From Caecitellus pseudoparvulus (taxonomy: Eukaryota > Protista > Bigyra: Bicosoecida): a stretch of DNA of 64,000 bases. A program made the position numbers and the translations under genes. The stretch spans positions 186,001 to 250,000 of the forward strand of contig CBFFRQ010000067.1 in assembly GCA_965644315.1 (NCBI GenBank). The letters are read 5' to 3'. Below are positions 52,989-64,000 of this stretch, in pieces (positions within the stretch are counted from its first letter, which is position 1; the number at the start of each line of letters is the position of its first letter). The notes below the pieces were generated by a model. That model was not told where the DNA came from and did no database searches. It worked only from the letters and a program-made list of their open reading frames with translations.

Positions 52989-53819
52989 ATGTCCACACGG
53001 TGGGTGGGTAAGGCCATTGCTCTGGGTGGGCCACTCCTCGCGTGGGCGCCAGTGCTGCTGGTACTGGCGCTGGCACCACGTGGAATCCCAACAGCCGTGC
53101 GGCATCAGATGCACCTGAACCTGCGGGGGGCAGTGCTGACTTTCCTCCTCCTCGTGGATGGACATCGCTTCATTACCAAGCTGCAGGACTTTCTGGATCC
53201 CAGCGGGCACCTGCTCGTGTACGGCTGCGCCATGCTGGCGCTGGCACCCCTGCTGCACTGGTTCATCCCCACGGCACTGGCCACCAAGCGCGACGCAGCA
53301 CCGAAGCTCCTGGCAGGCAAGGACACCAAGCTCCCAGGGGACGCAGGGGCCCGCACCCAGGCTGAGGCGGAGGAGGGTCTGGCCTTTGCCGCTGGCATCT
53401 TGGCCTGCCTCTGTGCCTCGGCAGTGTGCTACTTCTCCTTCACCACGGCGGCGTTCTTTCACCCCGCCCCCGACACCTTCGTGACGGCGGTGTGCATTGC
53501 CCTGGCGGCAGGGCTCATCGACTTCCTGGGGCGCTGGGCGACGCCCTGGCACACGGCAGAGAACGCGGTCTTGGCAGTGTGGCTGGTGCTGAAGCTCGCG
53601 GGGCTGTACGTCGCCTGCACCCATGTGCTGCCAGTGCTGGCCCGGCCCCTGGCGCTGGCAGGGTGGCACCTGCGGTCAGTGGGCGGCGTGCCGCATCCCC
53701 CCATCAAGCTACCTGCTGCAGGCATGGGGCTGGGGTACGACGTGCTGGTGCTGGGCCTGTACCTGTTCTACCTCCGCGCACCGCCTGCATTACCCGCCTC
53801 CAAGGCCAAGCACCACTAG
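52989..53819 (+). CDS. Hypothetical multi-pass membrane protein
   Basis: ~276-aa ORF with about 6-7 hydrophobic segments; ends KAKHH (KxKxx ER-retrieval-like). Confidence 0.65.
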   Translation: MSTRWVGKAIALGGPLLAWAPVLLVLALAPRGIPTAVRHQMHLNLRGAVLTFLLLVDGHRFITKLQDFLDPSGHLLVYGCAMLALAPLLHWFIPTALATKRDAAPKLLAGKDTKLPGDAGARTQAEAEEGLAFAAGILACLCASAVCYFSFTTAAFFHPAPDTFVTAVCIALAAGLIDFLGRWATPWHTAENAVLAVWLVLKLAGLYVACTHVLPVLARPLALAGWHLRSVGGVPHPPIKLPAAGMGLGYDVLVLGLYLFYLRAPPALPASKAKHH

Positions 53820-56581
53820 GCGCTGCCGTTGCTGACCTGCTCCGCGCGCTGCACTGCCCGTCCTCCTCCCGGGCGGCGGGTTCGTGAGGCGAGGCGGCTG
53901 CGCGCGGCACGCAGCTGCAGCGTCACATCGGACGCCTCCACCCGCCCGTCGTCGGCCAGACCATGCTGCCGCACATCCGCAGTCATGTGTTCGTGGAATG
54001 CGTCGGTTGCCGCGGCGCCGGAGCGCGTGAGCAGTGCCTCCATGGCCTGGGCGTGCGCTGGCCCGACGGAGGAGGGTTTGCCAGAGGCTGCGTTGCGGAG
54101 CGTGCCGTCGGCCCCCCGCCGAGACCGGTGCAGCATGCGCTTCTTGCGCTTGCCCTTGATGCTGAAGGAGGGCGAGGCTGGCGTGACCCCCCCACCTACC
54201 TCGCCCTCCCGCAGCGTCTGCGCCAGGCGGCTCGTGACAGCCTCCAGCTGCGCGTTCTTCGCCCGGGCCACCTGCGTCACGTCCAGCACGCTGTCCCGGG
54301 GCGTCAGGTCGCCGCTGTCTTCCTTCCATTCGTAGTGTGTGCCAGGGTGCAGGCCCTGGGGTGCTGACCGCGGCCGCCGCAGGTGTGCCACCTGCCCCGC
54401 CGCCCGAGCCCGCACAGCGGCAGCCAGCGCTTCAGCAGCGTGCACACGTGCGTCCATGGGCTCGCTGTCTGGCGCTGCCAGGGTATCGGCGGCGTCCAGG
54501 CGCTGGGCCAGGCGGGATCGGCGAGCCTGCGCCTCCAATGCACTTTGCCCGGGGCCCCGCAAGAGCTGCTTGAAGCGCCAGCGCGTGCTGCGGGGTGCAG
54601 CGGGCGACTCGCTGGCGGGCTGTGGGAACTCCACAGTGACGCCCAGCAAGTCGTGTGCCCTCCCACTTGACTTGCTGGGCGCAGTGCTGGGTCGCATGGG
54701 GGTAGGGGGTGGCCCCTGCGACACGGCCACTGGCGGCGCCGGAGTGTCTGCCTGAGCCGTGGGAGGGGCCACCTGTGGGAGACGGGCAGGGGCCTGCTCC
54801 CCTTTGCCCCGCACTCGATTCCGCAGCGGTGTGTGCTGCAGTGCCTCGGCCGCCGCACGTGCCTCGGCGGCCAGCTTGGACTTGGCCTGCAACGCACCCC
54901 GCAGTTTTGCCTCGGCCTTTTCCGCACGGCGCTGTGTGCGCGCCAGCTCCGCCTCCAGCTCTTCGTACTGCGCCTGCCCCTTTTCAAAGGCTTCCTGCAG
55001 CTCGCGCACCTTGCGCCGGCCTGCCGCCACATCTGCCGCCCGGTCGGCGTACCGAGACAGAAGCCGCGCCACCTCTTCAGGCTGCACTGACTTGGAGCGG
55101 ATGGAGAAGGTTGCCCCCGCATTCACGTCACGCATCTCAAAGGCCGTAGCCATGACCTGCACCAGCTCGTCAATGGTGCGCTGCTGGGCAGCGAGGCGCT
55201 CCACGTGTGACGCTCGCTGCAAACGCAGCGTGTTCACCTCGCCGCCCAGTTCCGCCACCTGTGCGTGCAGGGCTTCTGCCCGCGCAGCTTCGCGCTCAGC
55301 CTTGGCCTCGGCATCCTGGCGCTTGCGAAAGTTCGCATTGCGTGCCATGGCTCGGCGGGCTGTCTCGGCTGCTTGTGCTTGTGCCTGCAGCACCTGGTTC
55401 TGTTTCTGCAGGCGCGCAAACTCTGCGTCACGTGCCGCGCTGTCAGCGCGTTCCCGCTCATGCTGCACTACAGCGTGCTGCAGCCTGCCCTTGACGGCCA
55501 CTAGGTCCTGCTGCAGGGCTTTGTTTCGCTCCTTAGCTTCTCCCAGCGCAGCCTTGGCGGCTCTGTCCTGCTCCTCCAGCTGACTGTGTAGCTCTCGCAC
55601 CCACGCCCGAAGCGGCTGCACCATGGCCGCCAGAGGCGTCTCCCGCAGCAGAGCCGAGCGAGCAGCGTTGCCTGCAACCGTGGACTTCAGCGCTGCCAGG
55701 GGGTCTTTCTCCTCCTCTGCCTCCCTGCCTGCCAGCTGCTCTGCTTCCAGCTGCAGCTGCCGATGCTCCACGCCTGCCTCAAACCCAGCTGCCGCAGCAG
55801 CGCGCGCGACGTTTGCTGCGACGGCGTCCACTGAGTCTGCCAGGGATGCGTTCACCTCCTTGGCAGCTTGTAGTGCGGTCGGCGACGTGAACGGCTCTGG
55901 CCTTTGCTCGGGGGGGGCAGTGGCCTCTTGCAGCGTTGCGTGGCGTCCAGGTGACGATGGGGACGCGCGAGTTTCTGGAGCCGCAGCACTGCCACGGGGG
56001 GCTGCAGCGTCTGCGTCCGCAGCAGAGGATGTCTCTCTATCGAGGAAGACTTGCAAGTGTTTCTGCAGGCCCTCCACCTCCTGCTGGGCAGCTCGCGCCT
56101 GGGACTGCGCATGTTGCGTTGCCGAAACCAGGGCTGCAATGCTCCCCATGCACGCTTTGCCGAGGGGTTTCGCGAATGCAACGTCGGACACCAGCGCTTT
56201 GGACAGCTGTCCGGCCTCCACGCTATGCTTGCCTCCGCTCCGACCCTGCGGGAGCCGAGCTTGCAGCTCCTGTGGGAGTGCGGAAATTGCACCGCGTGCA
56301 TCGCTGCCGCGCAACACGCTCAGCTTGTTGCTGGCGGTCAACAGCGCTGCAGAGACTTGTGCGAAGCACTGCAAGCTTGACGCGAATGCCGGGTCACACC
56401 TCCCTGCAGCCGGCTTCTCGATGTGCCTGCCACTGATGCCCTGCATGGCGTTGACCGTTGCCTGACCATGCAGCGCAAGAGATCTCGTAAGTCCAAAGCC
56501 CCCAGCGGGCAGGCGGGACTTGAGGAGTGGTACCTTGGGCAGATGGGCATGCAGCAGATGGATCACGCTGTGTTTGCACAT
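53816..56581 (-). CDS. Coiled-coil protein, unknown function
   Basis: 921-codon ORF with long heptad A/E/Q/R-rich stretches. The true start may be downstream (MQGISG). Confidence 0.75.
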   Translation of the reverse strand: MCKHSVIHLLHAHLPKVPLLKSRLPAGGFGLTRSLALHGQATVNAMQGISGRHIEKPAAGRCDPAFASSLQCFAQVSAALLTASNKLSVLRGSDARGAISALPQELQARLPQGRSGGKHSVEAGQLSKALVSDVAFAKPLGKACMGSIAALVSATQHAQSQARAAQQEVEGLQKHLQVFLDRETSSAADADAAAPRGSAAAPETRASPSSPGRHATLQEATAPPEQRPEPFTSPTALQAAKEVNASLADSVDAVAANVARAAAAAGFEAGVEHRQLQLEAEQLAGREAEEEKDPLAALKSTVAGNAARSALLRETPLAAMVQPLRAWVRELHSQLEEQDRAAKAALGEAKERNKALQQDLVAVKGRLQHAVVQHERERADSAARDAEFARLQKQNQVLQAQAQAAETARRAMARNANFRKRQDAEAKAEREAARAEALHAQVAELGGEVNTLRLQRASHVERLAAQQRTIDELVQVMATAFEMRDVNAGATFSIRSKSVQPEEVARLLSRYADRAADVAAGRRKVRELQEAFEKGQAQYEELEAELARTQRRAEKAEAKLRGALQAKSKLAAEARAAAEALQHTPLRNRVRGKGEQAPARLPQVAPPTAQADTPAPPVAVSQGPPPTPMRPSTAPSKSSGRAHDLLGVTVEFPQPASESPAAPRSTRWRFKQLLRGPGQSALEAQARRSRLAQRLDAADTLAAPDSEPMDARVHAAEALAAAVRARAAGQVAHLRRPRSAPQGLHPGTHYEWKEDSGDLTPRDSVLDVTQVARAKNAQLEAVTSRLAQTLREGEVGGGVTPASPSFSIKGKRKKRMLHRSRRGADGTLRNAASGKPSSVGPAHAQAMEALLTRSGAAATDAFHEHMTADVRQHGLADDGRVEASDVTLQLRAARSRLASRTRRPGGGRAVQRAEQVSNGSA

Positions 56582-56611
56582 GGATTGTGGCAGGGCAGCA
56601 GCGCTGTTTTC

Positions 56612-59600
56612 CTAGATGACCTTGGATGACCCCAGCTGCTCGTACACTCGGATGACGCCGTCGGAGTCACAGGCAACGAAGATGGCCGCACAGCGCTCCA
56701 GGGGCTTTCCACGGCGCTCCGCGACATGGGCCAGCTCAGCGTCAGTCGGCTCCGACAGTGTCTCGGCGTCTGCCGCAGCTTTGAGCCCTTGAAAGGCTGG
56801 AGTGGTGATCGCGCTGTCCACCACGGCCGCCGCCCGCGCATCGGGCAGCATGAAGGAGGGGGGCCGGGACATGGCCACGGCGGGGATGGGCGCAAAGGCG
56901 GCGCAGGTGACGCACAAGTTGCGCTGGGCAGCGCCGGAGGGCGGTGCCTTGGAGGTCTGGCTGGCGAGGCGGGCCATGTCCCCAGCCCCATGAGCCGGCG
57001 TGCCGGAAGTGATTTGGAACGTTTCGTAGGAGCGGTTTTTCTCGTGCTTGAAGCCCGTGTAGATGGGGTTCAGCATCGGCGTGTACCCGTCGTGGAAGGT
57101 GCGCCACACGAACACACCCGTGTCCTCGGAGCCGCAAATGACGCGATCTCCAGTCGCGTCGAAGGACGCGTGGATCTGGGTGTGCCACACCGTCGGCCCG
57201 GAGAACTTCATGACCACCTTCATGTCCTCCAGCCGCACCAGGCGAATGCGCGAGTCGTTCGTGCTCACCAGCATGTGGTCGCCCGGCGTGTTGAACCGAA
57301 TGCCGCTCACCTTGCGCCCCCCCGACAGACGCCCCCTGCGATTGCGCACCTCCACATCCGTGCGGAAGCGCAGGCCGTCGGTGTAGTACATGCTGACGAC
57401 ACCGTCTGTGCGGCCCACTGCCACCTGCTGCGCGTCGGGGGTGAATGCGATGGCCGACACCATCGTGCGCACTGCTGTCCACAGCACGACCCGCCCCGAA
57501 TCCAACGACCACACCCGCACACGGCGATCAAAGGCGCCCGTGACGAAGTAATTGTCCGCCACGGGGTGGAAGTCCACTGCCGTCACCGACGACGGGTGTT
57601 GGAACTTGTGGATGCAGGTCGCCGAGTCTGGGTGCCACAGCCGCACGTAACGGTCCATGCTCGCTGTCAGTAGCAGGCTGGATCGGGACCAGGCCATGTC
57701 CACGACGTAGCTGCCGTGTCCACGCCATGTCCGCACTGGCTCCGCTTCAAACACGGGCAGGGGGGTGCCCTCGGGGCCGTAGGACGAGATGACGGCCGGG
57801 TGCAACTCGCCCTCCACGTCAGCCAGCGTCCCGCCGCCGCCCCACCCGGCGCCGTCAGGCAGACACCCTGAGCCCTTGGCGGGCGAGGCGTGGGCTGGCT
57901 TCGTGTCATAAACGTGCCCAGCTGCCGGGCTGTCGCCCTTCTCATCGTCGTCAGGCTTGGGCGATGCGACCCGCTCCGGCTGTGGTGCTGGGGTCGCAGC
58001 GCCTCCCTGCCCAGGCCCACTAGATGCCTCCCCAGCACCCTTGGAGGGGGGCCCCTCTGACGGCTTCTCCACGGCACTGGCACTGTCTGCCGCACTGGGC
58101 CCCTCGTGGTCTGACTGCTCGGACTCGGCCGCAGGCTTGGGTGACGAGGCTGGTACCTTGGGCTGCTGCGCTGCACGCAGTGACTCTGTCCACGGCTGCA
58201 CCGCCCAGCAACGCACCGTGGCGCCCTTGTCCGTGCCACCTGCCGTGGCAAAGTACTGGCCGTCTTTGGAGAAGGCGGAACACCAGATGTGTTCGCCCTC
58301 ATCCGCATGCCCCGTCATGGCCTGGCAGAACCGCAGGTGTGTGAGTTCGCGGATGTCCCGCTGGGCGTACCCGGTGCGAACGTCCCATGCGCGCCGGGTG
58401 CGACCCCCACTGCGCGACCGCGACCGTGTGCGACCTGCAGAGCTACCGCTGGACGACCGCGACCGCAGCGCTGTGGGCGTGGACGATCCCTCCGCCGCTG
58501 AGCCCTGTGCCATGCTACCGCGAGGTGACGCCGCGGCAGCCTGTGTCCCAGCGTCACTGCGGAACAGTCGAGAGAAGAACGAACGCCGTGCTGGTCGAGG
58601 TGGCAGCGCACTGCCCTGGACTGGCCCCTCACTGGCGCCCGCCCCTCCGCCACCAGCGGCACCACCGCTGCGCCCACCTCCAGCGTCGACGGCGGCATCT
58701 CCCTGTGGCGTTGGAGACCCTCTGGCTTGGCCCGCACGGGACCCGGCCGACACTGACTCGGAACGCACTCGAGTCAGCGCCCGCACGCCGACGAACGTGC
58801 TGTGACCCCGGTAAAACGCACCATCTGGCCCCGTCGGCGGCTTGCCTGCCGCAGCTGCCGGCAAGCTAGGCGTGGTCAGGGCTGTTCCGACGCCAGTGCC
58901 CTGCTTGGTGGGCGAGTCACCGCCCAGCCAGTACACCTGCCCAGTGTCTGCATCCCGCACTGCCACACGGCCGAACTCGTCCACCAAGCCAGCAGGCGCC
59001 TGAGGACTGGAGCCAGCTGAGCCCTCCACAGGCGGCACGGTGGCTGGCAGGGGTGGGGCTTCCACGCTGCGTTGGGAAGGGGAAGGGGTTCCCTCTTCCG
59101 CCTGGCGTGGCAAAGGCGGTGCGTCTGTGTCTGGCGCTGGCTGTGGTGGTGGTGTGACCTGTGGCGCAGGGGGAGACGAGGCGGGGGCCTCAGGGGGAAC
59201 GGGCACACCTGCAGTGCTGGGCAGGGTCTGAGATGGGTCATCGTCGTCGCCTGCTGGTTCAGGTGCAGGGTCCACGCCGCCCAGCCCGCCCGCCGACGCG
59301 TCACTGAGTCCACTGCCCGCCGAAACGCCAGAGTCTGACGCCATGATGGTGGGCAGGTGCCCTGGAGCGTCCTCGGCCGGCTCCAGCCCAGCCAATACAC
59401 TGGCAGTGTTGCTGGGCAGAGCAGACATGGACGCTGGCGTGCGCACCGCCAGCAGCCGGCCTGTGATGGCCACTGGCAACACTGGCGCTGCGCCGTGCAA
59501 CGCCGACGAAACGCCAGTGTCCGTGGCAAACGTGCTGGACGTGATCATGGCGCCTGACGCGTCTCGTGGAAGAGTAAAGGGGCTTGACCAATGTCCAGGT

Positions 59601-59916
59601 GGTGGCAACGCACTCAGCTCGGCACCCACTTCCCCGACACCGCCCTGAGGCGCCTCGGCGGCAAAGTGTGGCATGGCTGCCGCAGCCACTCCAGCGCTGC
59701 TCAGGTTCAGGTTCAGCGACCCATGGGACCGCAGCGCGTAGCCATCTCCCAGCGGAGACAAGCTGTCCTCATCAAACTCGTCTGGGTCGTAGAACTGCGA
59801 AGGGGGCGGGGGCGGGGCGCAGTGCCGCGCTGGCGTTTCGTCCCATAGCAAGCATGGCGACGCACCTCGCCGCTGGAGGAGGAGGAGGGCGAGCCCCCAC
59901 GGGCGATGCCAGCCAT
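56612..59916 (-). CDS. WDR44: WD40-repeat protein WDR44/Rab11BP-like (2 exons)
   Basis: IWCSAFSKDGQYFATAG, PVRTWRGHGSYVVDMAWS, LLTASMDRYVRLWH, FQHPSSVTAVDFHP.ADNYFVTGAFDRRVRVW, NRRG..GRKVSGI and VSTNDSRIRL. Exon 1 (59916-59866) joins in phase 0 to 59794. Confidence 0.85.
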
Positions 59917-61675
59917 GCTTGACTGGAGGGGGGAAAGGGAGTCCTACACTGCAGGAGCTGGGTGCTTTGCATTTGGCCCGGGGGTGAGACCTCGCACCCG
60001 GGTCGGCGAGGATTCACGTACTGCGCAGGAAAACGCGACAGATGGAAACCAAGCCCAGTGTAGTAGGAGAAGGAAGTGGGAGGAGGGAGGACTTGGTGCG
60101 CGGAAGTGCAGCAAGCATGGCGCTCGTGGTAAGGCATGGGGGTGTCCGTAGGGGCGCCAGATCGTTGAGCGTAGCGGGAGAAGGACGAGATTATCAATCT
60201 TCCACGCTGTCATGAGCAGCTGATCTGGAGCGAAAAAATGGACCTGTATACATGAACCAAGAAGCGCTCGGGCACTTGTGCCATCATAACACGGGCCAGT
60301 CTGGCCACAACCACGCGAGCTGGACGTGCTAGCACACGATTCTTTTTTTTGGTATGGTTCTTTGGAGTTGATAGCGTTGTTTGTCCAAACGCTCAGACTG
60401 CTTGGTCCCCTCAACCCACCCTGTTTAGTCAGGCAGGCGACGTTCATCTCTCGCAACCCACAGGGACTGGCCCTGTGAGCGCGTCGCATCCCGCCTCAAG
60501 GGACGAAGCTACCGCTCGTCAACACGTTTGGTAAGTTCGTCTTCATTGGAGAAGACAAGAAGGAGGATTCACTATACAGTGATCCTGTTCAAGTATGGTC
60601 TTGCTGTTCGGACGATCAGATGGGGAGGGTGTGGCACGCTGAAAAGCACCCACTGGGAAAGCACAGAGCAGAATCTGGCTCGCAAGAGGTGTGCCGCTGA
60701 AGCTCACTCCATGGACTCGCAGCTCAACATAGAGAGCTTACCATTTGCACACTTCTTCCGTTATTGTTTGTTTCAACATGGCAAAGCTGTGGAGCGAGCC
60801 AGAACGCCGAGAAAAGTTGAGCCCGCACAGAGTTCAGGCAGCTCCGCCCAACGACGCCCACGGCAATGCATGTATTTCCTGGTATGACGCATGCTACTGC
60901 ACGCTTTTTTTGTGTCTCCTTCCTCACTGTGGGGACTTCTGGAAGGTGTGCATTGTTCGACAACCAATTTCCGCACACTCGCCCAATCCTAGCAGCGCAG
61001 CTTTCCGGTCTACACGAGCCTGGCGCGGCGCTTTTCACGCATACTTCCATTGCAGCTTGTTCATTATCATTCCAACCGGTTTCTTGGGCGAAAGTGCATC
61101 TCATTCCCGGATCGCTCATTCTCATCAACTGGTCCTGCTACGCGGTCAACCACACAAATCATTTAAAAATTTAGAAAGCCAGATTACGACATATGCGTCT
61201 ACGTTGCGCCACACTATATTCTCCTCTCGTTTCCCCATCCTTTCAAGCATCCTCACCCCACGCGCTGTTCTGCAAAGCCAAACTTTCAAGCCTTGACAGA
61301 TGGGCAGCAGAGCCGTGCCCAAACATTCTCCGTCCAGTGCGCCAGCTTCTCATGATCCAGTGACACGCGACCCTGACACTCCAGCAAGAAGCAAGCTCAA
61401 CGCCCCATCTCCCTCAGAGCAGCTTCACATCGCTTCCACACCAATTACCGTGCGCGTTCACGCTTGGAGTCCATACTCGCACATCTGCGCTTCGTTAGCG
61501 TCTGCAAAACGCAAACCACAACCCACCTCGACGCGAGAGATCAAACATCTGCACCCCCACCCAGCCACCCACCCACTCCTTCGGCAGCCTATCATCTGGC
61601 GCCCCCGCCCCCCCTTGAAAAGGTCTCCGCTCCGCCTCACCACCTGCGCTGGGTCGTTGAGGCGTCCAACGCAGC

Positions 61676-64000
61676 ATGGCGCTGGGGCTGGCTGCAGCCA
61701 CCAACGCAGCGGCTGTTGACCCGTTCGCGCCGCAGGAGACTGCGAGGGAGCGCCAGCAGCAAGATGCCGTGCTGATGGGGGAGTTGCTGGGGCAGTACGC
61801 GTCGGCTCAGAGCACGCTGACGGGCGCCACACCATTCGCGCACGCCGGCACCGGCGTGCGCCTGGCCTCGGCTGACTGTTCCCAGGCCGCCCACGACGCG
61901 CTGGCAGGGCAGTTCGGGCAACACCACAAGCACCCTCACGGGCGCATGTTCAATTTTGCCCATGCGCCGCCGGGGGAGCTGCTGTCCAACTCGGCCGTGC
62001 GCAAGGTCGCAGCGACCAGGATGCACGCTGCGTCGAAACGCCGAGCCAAGGCGCACAGCGCGGGGTGGATGCGCCGCGTCGTCCCTGCGACGGGCAGCGA
62101 TCACGATGCGAAGGTGTTCGACGAGCTGCAGGAGCTGCTGCGCCGGGGGCATCTGTTGGGGTACCGCAGGCGGGCCCGGGATGCGTTTGGCTCGGTGCGT
62201 GTCTGAAACGCTCGCGAAACGCATGCGGCACGTGCCCACACCCGCTTCCTTTCTCTGACTGCAGATTGACGCAGTGATTGCGCCAGACAAGGTGGCACGC
62301 ACAGGGCTGCTGCATCCCAGCGACGGTTCGTGTCGGTCTGCGTCGTTCACCCTGGCAGGGGTGGGTGTGCGGATCAACGCACCAGTGAAGTACCCTGTTA
62401 CAGACTTCCTCCCGCGGCACACGGAAGTGCTGGTGAAGCTGCCGGGAGGTGGCGCCCTGCATTCCGTGCTGCAGTCAGAGGGCAACCCCCTGTCTCTCAT
62501 GGCAGCGAACCTGGCAGACCCCAGCATGGGGTACCGCGAGCACACGGTGTTTTTCGGCCGCGTTCTGGAGCATGCCCCCGACGGCACGTACAAGATCCTG
62601 AACCACACGACGAAGAAGGCCATGCTGGGCGTACCTCGGCGCTGCCTGAGCATGGCCTCCAGCGCCTACTTGGAGGGCCTGCACCACTTCCACACGGGGT
62701 TCAAGCGTTCCGCCCTGCTCAGCATGCTGGAAGCCATCCGCCACCGCCCAGATGAAACGCGCGCCTATGTCGTGGCGGCAGACCTCTTGCTCTCTGTGGG
62801 GCGCGTCATCGAAGCGCGTTCCTTCGCGCGCCGGGTGACGCTGCTTGACCCACAGAGCGTTTCGGGGCACTTGCTGCTGGGCCAGGCGCTGCTACGCGGC
62901 ATGGCGTCCCTGCCGAATTTGTGGGAGGCGGTGCTGTGTCTGCGCACGGCACACCGCCTGGAGCCGTGGAACGAAGCCACCCACCAGCCCTTGAACGAGG
63001 GCGAGGCGCGTCTGTGGAATGCGCTCAAAATGGAGGCGGGAAAGTGTACGTTCTCTGCGCCGTGCCTCTGGCTGCTGTTTTCCCCCTTCGCCGCTCCCTG
63101 CCCAACTGCCCCCACTCCCCCTCGCCCGCACAGTGTCTCGTTGGAACTTCGGTCAGACTGCAGTGCAGCCATCCGCCTCTGCAGCTTCTCTGCGCCCTGC
63201 TCCGCCCTCTGCCCCCGCGAGCGTTTCTTGGGCGGATGATGCCAGCACGGGGCGACAGTCGACGCCGACCCTAGCCGGCACCGCCTCGCGAGGCATGTTG
63301 CGACCCGGCTCGCGACTGACGCGACAGGCTTCTGCTTCCTCTGCCGTCGCTGCGGCTCAGGCCATGGTGCGGTGGGCGCCGCGGGATCGCCCCATGTCCT
63401 CCGCCGCTGCGGCCACCGCACTGGTCGGCACGACCTCGTCTCGCGTGACGCGCGACCTCATGGGCGGCGACGGCGGCGCCACGGCGCGATCTGTGCACGA
63501 CCCCAACGCCTTCCTCCCAGCCCTCGTGCGGCTGTGGGCCGTCTCGCACCTGGCAGGCTCCACCATCGAAGGACGCCCAGTGGCGTTTCTGGCCAACACC
63601 ATCAAGGACGCAGGGTCCGCACTCCTGTACACATCCAGCCTGGGGGGCAGCGTCCTGCACACCGACAAACCACCCAAGTCATTCGGTCGAGCACCCACCT
63701 TGCAAGCCCCCCCCTGCACCCCTTTCCTGTACGTGTTGCAGGGGGGTGGCGGTCGGCGCCGCGCGCGATCCCGCCTCGCTTCACGTCTGCACACCACACG
63801 CACTCTGGTGGATAGGGGCCTGCTGCACGTGCCCGAAGAGCAACCTGCCAGCGAAGGTGCCGGCGAACCCACTGCAGACGGCTCCGTAGCCAGCACTCGG
63901 CTGCCTTCAGCGTGGCTCACACTGCACGCAAGCGGCGGTCGCGTCTTGCCAGCAGCCTGGTCGCACGGGTCCATGGATGTGGACGACCACCTGCCACGTG
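61676..64000 (+). CDS. TPR-containing hypothetical protein, 3' end beyond window
   Basis: Exons at about 61676-62194, 62265-63044 and 63134 to the window end. TPR-like PDETRAYVVAADLLLSVGRVIEARSFARRVTLLDPQSVSGHLLLGQALL. Confidence 0.65.

Overview
Gene-dense, GC-rich (about two-thirds GC by eye) eukaryotic DNA with short GT-AG introns (donors mostly gtgcgt/gtgagy) and very short intergenic gaps. The style suggests a compact free-living protist, possibly a heterotrophic stramenopile such as a bicosoecid (inference). About 21 protein genes are supported. Recognisable ones are a CCR4/PDE12-type EEP nuclease, an E(z)/EZH2-type SET methyltransferase, a multi-EF-hand protein, a degenerate RNase III-like ORF, an 18-repeat Sel1 protein, an ankyrin protein, a Cys-type glutathione peroxidase, Got1, a GH35 beta-galactosidase, a giant mucin-stalk membrane protein, TMEM164 and WDR44. 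The most notable unannotated signals are: (1) two tandem box C/D snoRNA-like units sharing an identical 50-bp core in an oversized intron, with a guide complementary to the conserved LSU rRNA motif targeted by snR39b/SNORD2; (2) an E(z) homolog with an intact SET domain but no CXC domain, eroded Zn ligands and an RGG tail; (3) a compositionally odd island holding a Sel1 protein with shuffled near-identical repeats, resembling an innate-immune receptor. No CRISPR array, tRNA, rRNA or transposase was recognised. Exon boundaries were read by eye and are provisional.
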